Position numbers and translations under genes: made by a program
Assembly (NCBI GenBank): GCA_041654215.1
Contig: JBAZDY010000002.1
Coordinates: 1-47,887 of the forward strand
Source of the DNA: Candidatus Omnitrophota bacterium
Lineage (GTDB): Bacteria; Omnitrophota; Gorgyraeia; Gygaellales; Profunditerraquicolaceae
Reading direction: 5' to 3'
Length of the DNA stretch: 47,887 nucleotides
The notes under the pieces: generated by a model
Told to the model about the DNA's origin: nothing
Databases searched by the model: none
Seen by the model: only the letters and a program-made list of their open reading frames with translations
Part shown: in pieces, positions 34,406 through 41,915 of the stretch
Position numbering within the stretch: the first letter of the stretch is position 1
Layout: the number at the start of each line of letters is the position of its first letter

Positions 34406-34425
34406 CTCGCGTCCCCCGCGTCCGT

Positions 34426-34662
34426 TTAAACCAGCCCCAGCGCCTGTTTTACGCGTTCGCGGTCGAATCCCACGATAAGCTCTCCTTCGATGTCGACGAC
34501 CGGCACGCCCATCTGGCCGGTCCTGTCGACGATTTCATCCGCCGCAGCGCGATCCACGGAAACGTCGATATCCTCGAAGACAACGTGGCTTTCCTTAAGG
34601 AACTGTTTCAGACGGATACAGTAAGGACATGTGGGAGTGCTGTAAACCTTTACGTTCTTCAT
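34426..34662 (-). CDS. Glutaredoxin-like small thiol-disulfide protein (CPYC)
   Basis: 78 aa. Sequence VKVYSTPTCPYCIRLKQFL...GVPVV....IVGFD is a Grx/NrdH-like fold. Confidence 0.85.
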   Translation of the reverse strand: MKNVKVYSTPTCPYCIRLKQFLKESHVVFEDIDVSVDRAAADEIVDRTGQMGVPVVDIEGELIVGFDRERVKQALGLV

Positions 34663-34699
34663 ACACGCCTCCTTTAACGGGACCGGGCGGCCTCGCCGG

Positions 34700-35164
34700 T
34701 CAAGTCTTAAGAACGGACGGTGTCAAATCCATAATACTCGCAACGTTCAGCTTGATCATATATTCGGGTTCCGGGAGCAGGGCCTCGGGATGAAAAGGAT
34801 GCCCTTTGCGGCCGCCGAGGTTGGTTATCAATCTTTGCGCCAGCCTGGCGGTTATTCTGTTCTCCCATAACCTCAAGACCTCTGCCGGCAGCCGTTCTTT
34901 CAGAATTATCTCCGCCTCCCCTTTTAGGCAATACCCCTTGAATCCGTGTTCTTCGACGGCAGTTACGCTGAACCTGCCGCTGCGCAGTATATTGCCGTAA
35001 GTGCGTTTCTTATAAAGATCCAGCAGGTATATCTCCCCCGCGGGAGCGATTATATCCACTACGCCTTTACAGGAGGAATGCGGATAACCGTCCGCGTCTA
35101 TGGAACAGGCTACGACAAAACTCTGCGCGAGCAAGAAAGAAGAAACTTTTTCCGGGATAATCAT
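34700..35164 (-). CDS. Pyridoxamine-5'-phosphate-oxidase-like FMN-binding protein
   Basis: The track ORF 34700-35293 is trimmed to Met44 (MIIPEKVSSFLLAQSFVVACSIDADGYPHSS...), because the extension overlaps the rubredoxin gene in another frame. The split-barrel assignment is from general pattern only. Confidence 0.6.
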   Translation of the reverse strand: MIIPEKVSSFLLAQSFVVACSIDADGYPHSSCKGVVDIIAPAGEIYLLDLYKKRTYGNILRSGRFSVTAVEEHGFKGYCLKGEAEIILKERLPAEVLRLWENRITARLAQRLITNLGGRKGHPFHPEALLPEPEYMIKLNVASIMDLTPSVLKT

Positions 35165-35171
35165 AAGCGGG

Positions 35172-35330
35172 CTAAATTTTTTCGAACATATCTTTCCCGA
35201 CACCGCATTCCGGGCAAACCCAGGTATCCGGCAAAGCCTCGAACGCCGTCCCCGGAGCGATCCCGGCTGAAGGATCCCCCTGCTGGGGATCATATATATA
35301 TCCGCAAACTGTACAACGGTATTTCTGCAT
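35172..35330 (-). CDS. Rubredoxin (52 aa; below the ORF-track size cut-off)
   Basis: Reverse complement translates as [52 protein letters not shown]. It has both CxxCG knuckles and the conserved YIYDP and W.CP.CG strings. GGAGG lies 5 nt upstream of the ATG. Confidence 0.9.
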   Translation of the reverse strand: MQKYRCTVCGYIYDPQQGDPSAGIAPGTAFEALPDTWVCPECGVGKDMFEKI

Positions 35331-35394
35331 AATAACCTCCTTCGCGCCGCAAATAATTCGGCGTTCCGCGATCTAAAGGCCGCGGTTTGCTCAT

Positions 35395-35419
35395 GATTTC
35401 AAAACTGAGCGGTTTGTGT
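35395..35419 (-). repeat. Possible decayed copy of the R module
   Basis: Minus sense, 13 nt after the FDP stop: ACACAAACCGCTCAGTTTTGAAATC. It matches the ACTCAAACCGC and GTTTTGAATCC flanks of copies A and B, but the central AGAAATCCCCGG is missing. Confidence 0.3.
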
Positions 35420-35428
35420 ATTCGCTAC

Positions 35429-36625
35429 TCACTTGCGCGTTTCGATAAGTCTGCGCCCGAAATCACGGCCGAATTCGCGGCAGGCCTCTAAATCAGCCGG
35501 AGAAGGGCAATATCGAACGGAGAGCCCGCGGCAAACCGGAGGTATGCCGGCGCCGGACAATACCGCTTCCATCTCATTCACCGCCCCGCCAGCCCAGCCG
35601 AAAGAACCAAAAACCGCGCTAAGACGATTCCGCGGTTTTAATCCTTTGAGCAAATGAAGGAATCCGGCGAGATCCGGCAGCATGCCGTTGTCATGGGTGG
35701 ATGAACCAAAAAGATATCCGCCGGCCTCAAGCATCCTGCCTATTATTTCCGTGCGGTCGGCCCGGTTTATGTCGAACACCTCGGCCTCGGCCCCCGCCTC
35801 CAACAACCCGGAGTAAATCGCGCCAGCCATTTTTTCAGTGCCTCCCCACATGCTTTCATAGACGATCACGGCCCTGGGGACTGAAGAATTCAGCGCCCAG
35901 CGGGAGTAGCTTTCGATTATCGCGCCGGGATCGTTACGCCATATCATACCGTGGCTGGGAGCGATCATGGAGACCGGCAGGCCGCTTGCCCGCAGTTCCG
36001 CGATCTTTCCGGATACAAGCCGGCTTAAAGGCCAGAGGATATTGGCGTAGTATTTGGCCGCCTCTCGCATAAGCATCCCCTGCTCGGCCTCGTCGGCGAA
36101 CCTTCTGCAGTGGGCGAGATGCTGCCCGAAAGCGTCGTTGGAAAACAGTATTTCCTTCCCATCCAGATAAGTGAACATACTGTCCGGCCAATGCAGCATG
36201 GGGGCTTCAATAAAAACGAGCGCTCTCTTCCCCAGGGCAAGTCTGTCGCCGCTCTTTACGGTCTGAAAAGGCCAATCCGCGTAATAATGCCTCGATAGAC
36301 CCTCGCGGCATTTTGCCGTCCCTAACAGCTTTGCCCGCGGGGCCGCGCGCATCACTTCCGGCAAGGCTCCCGAATGGTCGGTTTCCACGTGGTTCGCCAC
36401 GACATAATCTATCTTCTCCGGCGGCACGATCGCGGAGATATTCTCCAGCAAATCCCGTGAAAAAGGTCCGAATACGGTATCTATCAGGGTGATCTTGTCA
36501 TCTATTATAAGGTAGGCATTATACGTAGTTCCCGAGGAAGTATTGAAAGTGTGGCCGTGAAAATTCCTGACGTTCCAGTCCACGGCACCGACCCAGAATA
36601 TATCTTTGCTTATTTCACAAAACAC
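35429..36625 (-). CDS. Flavodiiron protein (class A: metallo-beta-lactamase-like plus flavodoxin domains; O2/NO reductase)
   Basis: 398 aa. GTG start with GGAGG 5 nt upstream. Di-iron motif NHVETDHSG, and a C-terminal flavodoxin-like domain (VIVYESMWGGTEKMA). Confidence 0.9.
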   Translation of the reverse strand: MFCEISKDIFWVGAVDWNVRNFHGHTFNTSSGTTYNAYLIIDDKITLIDTVFGPFSRDLLENISAIVPPEKIDYVVANHVETDHSGALPEVMRAAPRAKLLGTAKCREGLSRHYYADWPFQTVKSGDRLALGKRALVFIEAPMLHWPDSMFTYLDGKEILFSNDAFGQHLAHCRRFADEAEQGMLMREAAKYYANILWPLSRLVSGKIAELRASGLPVSMIAPSHGMIWRNDPGAIIESYSRWALNSSVPRAVIVYESMWGGTEKMAGAIYSGLLEAGAEAEVFDINRADRTEIIGRMLEAGGYLFGSSTHDNGMLPDLAGFLHLLKGLKPRNRLSAVFGSFGWAGGAVNEMEAVLSGAGIPPVCRGLSVRYCPSPADLEACREFGRDFGRRLIETRK

Positions 36626-36644
36626 CGGTTCCTCCTTTGGGCTT

Positions 36645-36672
36645 AAAAACCGGGGATTTCTGCGGTTTGAGT
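36645..36672 (-). repeat. Intergenic repeat, R module only (copy D)
   Basis: Minus sense, 15 nt after the TPR gene stop: ACTCAAACCGCAGAAATCCCCGGTTTTT. It runs directly into the SD and GTG of the flavodiiron gene. Confidence 0.7.
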
Positions 36673-36686
36673 GGAGCTCCTCGACA

Positions 36687-37730
36687 TCATTCGCTCACGA
36701 TATCCTTGCCGGTCTCCTGCCCCCGCCAGAATACCAGCCGCCGCCTGGCGTACGCGATATTCTGTTCCTGTTGAACGTCCTTTCCCGCCCTGGCGAGGAA
36801 ATCGGAATACGCCGCCGCGGCTTCTCTGCCCTTAAAAAGTTTGTCGAACACGAGCGCCTTGTTGAAATAAGCGGCGGTGAATCCGGGATCTATCTTCAAG
36901 GCCATGTTGAAATCGTTAAGGGCGTCCATGTATTTCTCCTGCCGGCGGAAAACGACGCCCCGGTTATTGTAGGCCTTGACGCAGGCGGGGTCCAGCTCTA
37001 TGGCCCTGGAATAATCGGCGATAGCCTTGGCGTACTGTTTAAGGCGCAGGAAAACGTTGCCGCGGTCGTTGTACGCCTGCACGTAAAAAGGATCTATGCG
37101 CAGGGCTTCGTTGAAATCTGCCAGGGCGGAATCAAAAACTCCGAGTTTGAAATAAGCGTTGCCCCGGTTATCGTAAGCCTCGCTGTAATCCTCATCCAGC
37201 TCTATTGCGATGCCGAAATCCCGCGCGGCCTTCTCGTACATCCCGGTCTCGAGATTAACCCTGCCCCTGGCGTTGTATCCCGGGGCGTAAGAAGAATCCA
37301 GCCCTACCATCTTTTCCCCGTCGGCCCCGGCAGACCTGTAATCCGCCTTATCGAGGAAAATATTGCAGCGTATGAGATACGCCTTTATGTAACCGGGGCT
37401 GGCTTCTATGGCGGCTTCCAGCTCTTCCAACGCCGGATTATGATATTTTTTACGGAAATAATCCACGCCCTTGAATATATTCACAGCCGTAGAGGAAGGC
37501 ACCAAACCCTGCCGGATATCCTCGATTATCTGCAGGTAAAAATCTGCCTCCGGATCGAACCTGTTGAGCTGATATGCCTGCCGGAATTCCGCGGATGCCG
37601 AAGGGAAATCGGCTTTCATGGCGTAAACCACCCCGCGGTAAATGAATTCGCCTCTTTCCCCGGAGGCAAAAGCCGCGCAGGACGACAACAATACCGCCCC
37701 CAGGATAAACCCGGATATCTTGGTCAGCAT
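36687..37730 (-). CDS. TPR-repeat lipoprotein
   Basis: Trimmed to Met32 (MLTKISGFILGAVLLSSCAAF, lipobox), with GGAGGG 7 nt upstream. It has about eight canonical 34-aa TPR units (A..Y..AIELDP....AYNNRG pattern). Confidence 0.75.
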   Translation of the reverse strand: MLTKISGFILGAVLLSSCAAFASGERGEFIYRGVVYAMKADFPSASAEFRQAYQLNRFDPEADFYLQIIEDIRQGLVPSSTAVNIFKGVDYFRKKYHNPALEELEAAIEASPGYIKAYLIRCNIFLDKADYRSAGADGEKMVGLDSSYAPGYNARGRVNLETGMYEKAARDFGIAIELDEDYSEAYDNRGNAYFKLGVFDSALADFNEALRIDPFYVQAYNDRGNVFLRLKQYAKAIADYSRAIELDPACVKAYNNRGVVFRRQEKYMDALNDFNMALKIDPGFTAAYFNKALVFDKLFKGREAAAAYSDFLARAGKDVQQEQNIAYARRRLVFWRGQETGKDIVSE

Positions 37731-37969
37731 AATTTTTCCCTCCGGAGAGGAGTCCCTCGTACTAAAACCAGCGGCTCCTCTGTTTTTCCGGCGAAGCCGA
37801 TGCGTCGCCGGTACACAGCGCATATTCGACTGCAGATTTACTGCTATTCTTTTCCCGACAGTAACCGATTCGGATCAAATTCCTCTTTTTGATTCTCGAT
37901 CGCTCCAGCAGCATCCCTGAAGCTTACAGCCAATCATCCCTTTTTGATCAACCGGCCGGCACGAAAGTC

Positions 37970-38365
37970 TCAGCCAATAGTCAATACAGCCGAATTCTCC
38001 CAGAGCCCGTGGATATTACAATAAGCGCAGGCGACCACCGTGCCCGGCTTCTCTGTTTTTATCTTCACTCTTGCCTCGGGGAGAGAATATACGCCGCTGG
38101 TATCCGGCCCCTGGGTAGACGCTCCATGCGCGGGGAATTCGCACCTGGCGACCTGATAAGGAAATTTCTCGCCCTGCGGAAGAAAGTACACTTCTATATA
38201 AGCGATATGATGAGCTGAAGTGTTTGGATGCGGAATCTGCCTGCCAACCGTCACGCTTATCTCGAATGTCCCGTCTTTAGACGCCTGAAGAGGCAAATCT
38301 ATGGCCGGAACGTGTTTTTCCGTTTTCCAATCGGCATTCTGAAACAGGTCTTTCATCAAAGTCAT
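37970..38365 (-). CDS. sor: Superoxide reductase, 1Fe neelaredoxin type
   Basis: Fe-site motifs EKHVPAI, HPNTSAHHIAYIE and CNIHGLW. The start is set at the ATG two codons inside the track ORF, where GGAGG is 7 nt upstream. Confidence 0.85.
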   Translation of the reverse strand: MTLMKDLFQNADWKTEKHVPAIDLPLQASKDGTFEISVTVGRQIPHPNTSAHHIAYIEVYFLPQGEKFPYQVARCEFPAHGASTQGPDTSGVYSLPEARVKIKTEKPGTVVACAYCNIHGLWENSAVLTIG

Positions 38366-38381
38366 TTTCACGCCTCCTTCT

Positions 38382-39092
38382 TCAATAGCCGGTGAAACCT
38401 TCGCTTTTAATGTTGTTTCCGAGGCACCCGACCTGCGAACAAATCCCTCTCATTTCCATTACCATGGCGGGAGGCCCGAAGATAAATACCGTTCTCTCCT
38501 TGAATAACGGGTCGCGCCCTTCTATGAAAGCGCGGTCTATCCGCCCGTAAAAACAGTCCTCCTCCGGCGACCGGCAGCCGGTAACCGCATAGTGCACCTT
38601 AAACCGGCCGTTATCCGCTTTCCAAAGGTCCAAATCCCGTTTGAACGCCGCCTCTTCGGCGGTCCTGCTGGAATAAAAAAGAACGGCGTCCGCCGGGAAT
38701 CCCTTGTATGCCATATAATCTATCATCGAGATCACCGGGGTTATGCCGATGCCTCCGCAGATAAAACCCACGCGGGAGTATTCCGGGTTGAGCGTGCAGC
38801 GGCCCATCGGCGCCTGCAGTTTGACTTTCTCGCCGGTCTTAAGCGCCTGCAGGCGCAGAGAAAATCTGCTCCCGGTCAGTTTTTTCGTCACCTCAACGTA
38901 ACCGCGGTGGGGCGAACAGGAGAAAGAAAGGTATTTGTTCAATTCCCCGTTCTCCGGAACCGCCTCATCGAAAATAAGTTTCAGGAACTGCCCGGGAAGG
39001 AAATCAATTTTCTCCGCGCAGTCGAAACGGAAACTCCTGATGCAGGAGGTCCTTTCCGTGCCGCCGGTAAAGGAAACATCGAATATCCTCAT
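38382..39092 (-). CDS. FNR-like FAD/NAD(P)H oxidoreductase module (no Fe-S domain)
   Basis: FAD motif KYLSFSCSP (RxYS-type), NAD(P) motif CGGIGITP, aromatic C-terminus EGFTGY. The start is set at the ATG forming an ATGA overlap with the ldh stop. The GTG at 39101 is an alternative. Confidence 0.75.
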   Translation of the reverse strand: MRIFDVSFTGGTERTSCIRSFRFDCAEKIDFLPGQFLKLIFDEAVPENGELNKYLSFSCSPHRGYVEVTKKLTGSRFSLRLQALKTGEKVKLQAPMGRCTLNPEYSRVGFICGGIGITPVISMIDYMAYKGFPADAVLFYSSRTAEEAAFKRDLDLWKADNGRFKVHYAVTGCRSPEEDCFYGRIDRAFIEGRDPLFKERTVFIFGPPAMVMEMRGICSQVGCLGNNIKSEGFTGY

Positions 39093-40033
39093 AAGCCGCA
39101 CTCATCCAGCACGTTTCTTATCTCCGCAGCCGACTTCTTCAACAAACCAATCTCTACTTCGTTAAGCCTGGGCCTGAGGATATGCCGCACTCCGGAACGG
39201 TTCACCACCGCCGGGAGGCTCATATAGACGTCGTTGATGCCGTAATAATCCGCAACAAGGCAGCCGACCGGCAGCACGGAATTCTGGTCGTGCAGGACGG
39301 CCTGGGTGATACGCACCAGAGCGAGCCCGATACCGTAGGAAGTTTCCCCTTTGCGCTCGATGACCTTGTAAGCGAAAGTGCGCACTTCCTCCGATATTTT
39401 TTCCAGCAGGTCCCCGCGGTCGCATTTGCCGCAGACCGGACAGTATTCATCCAGCAGTATACCGCCGATCATAGCGCGGCTCCAGACAGGAAACTCGCTG
39501 TCCCCGTGTTCCCCCAGCATGTAAGCGTGGATGTTGCGCGCGTCGACACCGCAATGACAGGAGAGCAGCCAGCGCAACCTGCCGGAATCCAGCACCGTGC
39601 CGGAACCTATCACCTTCCCGGAAGGCCTGCCGGAGAATTTATACGCGGCGTAAGACAACACGTCTACCGGATTGGAAACAACAAGGAGTGCCGCGTCCGG
39701 GGCGTGTTTTACTATCTCGGGGACGATCCGGCGAAAGAGATCCACGTTGTCCTTTGCCAGCGCCATGCGCGTCTGGCCCGGTTTTTGCTTGCGCCCGGCG
39801 GTAATCACCACCAGTTCCGATCCCGCGATATCCGCGTATGCCCCGGAAGAGACTTCCACCGGAGAAACGATATACGGCATGCCGCTGGAAAGATCGAGGA
39901 CCTCTCCTTCCGCGCGCTCTTTGTCGATATCAACAATCACGATCGACCTGGCCGCTCCTCCGATCAGAAGACTGTAGGCGTAGCGCATGCCGACGTTGCC
40001 GCAGCCGATGACCGCAACTTTTGGTTTAAGCAT
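39089..40033 (-). CDS. ldh: L-lactate dehydrogenase
   Basis: 314 aa. Motifs VAVIGCGNVG, ITAGRKQKPGQTR (Gln at the LDH/MDH discriminating position) and GEHGDSEFPVWS. Confidence 0.85.
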   Translation of the reverse strand: MLKPKVAVIGCGNVGMRYAYSLLIGGAARSIVIVDIDKERAEGEVLDLSSGMPYIVSPVEVSSGAYADIAGSELVVITAGRKQKPGQTRMALAKDNVDLFRRIVPEIVKHAPDAALLVVSNPVDVLSYAAYKFSGRPSGKVIGSGTVLDSGRLRWLLSCHCGVDARNIHAYMLGEHGDSEFPVWSRAMIGGILLDEYCPVCGKCDRGDLLEKISEEVRTFAYKVIERKGETSYGIGLALVRITQAVLHDQNSVLPVGCLVADYYGINDVYMSLPAVVNRSGVRHILRPRLNEVEIGLLKKSAAEIRNVLDECGL

Positions 40034-40046
40034 CCATCCCCCCGCT

Positions 40047-41150
40047 CTACAGTCCCGCTTTCAGCGTGCTGTTCTCCAACTCTTCTATCTCCGCCTTCAG
40101 CTTATCCGGCAGACCCAGCACCCCGACATCCATGAATCCGCGCACGATCAGCGACTGCGCCTCATGGGGGGAGAACCCGCGGCAGCGCAGGTATTCGATT
40201 TCGTCCTTGTTGATCCTGCCGATGGCGGCTTCATGCGAAAGGTCCACGTCGCGGTAATCGGTCTCCATCTCCGGTATCGCGTAAATGCTGCCCTTTTCCG
40301 GCAGTATCAGGCCCCGGCATTCCAGGTGACCTTTGACGTTGCGGGCGGAGGCCTTGATATGCCCGCGGGCCACCACCTTTCCGCCCAGGCTGACCGCCCT
40401 CGAGATGATCTCCGCCTGCGTCTCCTCGGCCTGCAGCGCAACGCGGGATCCGACGTCCTGCAGGGAACCGGGATGCGAAAGTATTATGGAATTAAAACTC
40501 GCCCGCGCTTTTCTGCCGTGCAAAAGAGCCGTGGGATACATAGTGATGTCGCGCACCGGTTTCAGACAGACGTAATTCGAGATAAACACCGCCTCTTCCC
40601 CTACGGAAGCGATGCTCACCGGTTTCACGCTGACGCTTTCCTGCCAGGAATGGATCATGGTAAAATTAAGATATGCCCCGTTGTGCACGAAAAATTCCGA
40701 TATACCCAGATGCATGCCTTCGGACGCGGAGTGAGAGGCGGAACACCCCGTTATTATGTAGGCCTTGGCGCCCTCTTCCACTACGATCAGGTTGTGCACC
40801 TTCTGCCTGAACCCCTGCTGTTTCAGAAAAAGGCAGGCCTGCACCGGGAATTCTATCGCATGGCCGCGCTTGACCCGGATGAAATATCCGCCTTCAGTCT
40901 CTCTGTCGAAATCCCTGCCCGTGGAACGGAAATTAGCGCCGAAATAACCGACGGCCTCCGGATATTTTTCCAAGGCTTCCTTGATCTCCATTATCTCCAG
41001 GCCGTCTGAAAGAGAGCGGGCGAACATCAGCCCGGAGTCCTGCTGCAGGAAGCTTCCCGAGCGATCCTTCTCGGAGAAATCCATCCCCGTGGAAACGATG
41101 GTATCGCGGTCGCGACCCTCCAGATTATCTTGCCGATTGTGCTCTATCAT
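40047..41150 (-). CDS. SufB/SufD-family Fe-S cluster assembly scaffold protein
   Basis: 367 aa. The C-terminal beta-helix region has the SufBD pattern (LSHEAAIGRINKDEIEYLRCRGFSPHEAQSLIVRGF). It overlaps the sufC end by 26 nt. Met23 is an alternative start. Confidence 0.8.
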   Translation of the reverse strand: MIEHNRQDNLEGRDRDTIVSTGMDFSEKDRSGSFLQQDSGLMFARSLSDGLEIMEIKEALEKYPEAVGYFGANFRSTGRDFDRETEGGYFIRVKRGHAIEFPVQACLFLKQQGFRQKVHNLIVVEEGAKAYIITGCSASHSASEGMHLGISEFFVHNGAYLNFTMIHSWQESVSVKPVSIASVGEEAVFISNYVCLKPVRDITMYPTALLHGRKARASFNSIILSHPGSLQDVGSRVALQAEETQAEIISRAVSLGGKVVARGHIKASARNVKGHLECRGLILPEKGSIYAIPEMETDYRDVDLSHEAAIGRINKDEIEYLRCRGFSPHEAQSLIVRGFMDVGVLGLPDKLKAEIEELENSTLKAGL

Positions 41151-41856
41151 CGCATCCCATACATTTGTCGTATCCGCGTTCCCTGATGTTTCCGAATATC
41201 TCTTTCGGCCTGCCCACGCACCACATTTTCCCGTCTATCATCACGCAGCCTTTCCTGGCGTTTATATAATCCAGGATATAACCGGTATGGGTTATGATCA
41301 GGGCCGACTTGCCTTCTTCTTTGAGATACCCATTCAGTACTTTTCCCATGACCGAAATGTTCTCCAGATCCACGCCCGACTCCGGCTCGTCGAGAAGGAG
41401 AAGATCGGGATCCTGCAGGATTAGTTGAAAAAGCTCCGAACGTTTCATCTCTCCGCCGGAAAACCCCATATTGATGTCCCTGGATAGATGCGAAGAAAGG
41501 GAAAGCCTTTCCGACATCTCCTTTATCAACCCGGCATTGCCGTTCAGACGGCCGGCGACCTGGGCAAGCTTGACGCCCCTGACCTGCGGAGGGTGCTGAT
41601 ACATTAACCCGAGACCGAGCTTCACTCTTTCTTCTACGGGAAGCCCGTCTATCCTGGTCTCTCCCAGAAGGATTTCGCCGGAGATCACTTTGTACCCCTC
41701 GAATCCCATTATCGCCTTAAGCAGCGTGCTCTTGCCGCTGCCGTTCGGCCCAAACAGCACAACCACTTCCCCCTTGCGTATATGCATATTCACGCCCTGA
41801 AGGATGAGATGCCCGGATACTTCCACGCTTATATCTTTGACTTCAAGCATCATCAT
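41125..41856 (-). CDS. sufC: Fe-S cluster assembly ATPase SufC
   Basis: Trimmed to Met54 (MMMLEVKDISVEV...). Walker A GPNGSGKST, ABC signature FSGGEMKRSE, Walker B LLLLDEPESG. Confidence 0.9.
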   Translation of the reverse strand: MMMLEVKDISVEVSGHLILQGVNMHIRKGEVVVLFGPNGSGKSTLLKAIMGFEGYKVISGEILLGETRIDGLPVEERVKLGLGLMYQHPPQVRGVKLAQVAGRLNGNAGLIKEMSERLSLSSHLSRDINMGFSGGEMKRSELFQLILQDPDLLLLDEPESGVDLENISVMGKVLNGYLKEEGKSALIITHTGYILDYINARKGCVMIDGKMWCVGRPKEIFGNIRERGYDKCMGCDDRAQSAR

Positions 41857-41915
41857 GATTTTCCTCTGTATGACCGGCCCTCCGGCCCGTTCTATTCTAT
41901 CAGTAAAGGAACTCC

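Noticed and set aside
13011-36672. CRISPR array interpretation of the recurring 16-28-nt core.
   Set aside because: Copies are kilobases apart, separated by full genes, and not regularly spaced. They are embedded in longer, variable elements, and no cas genes are present.
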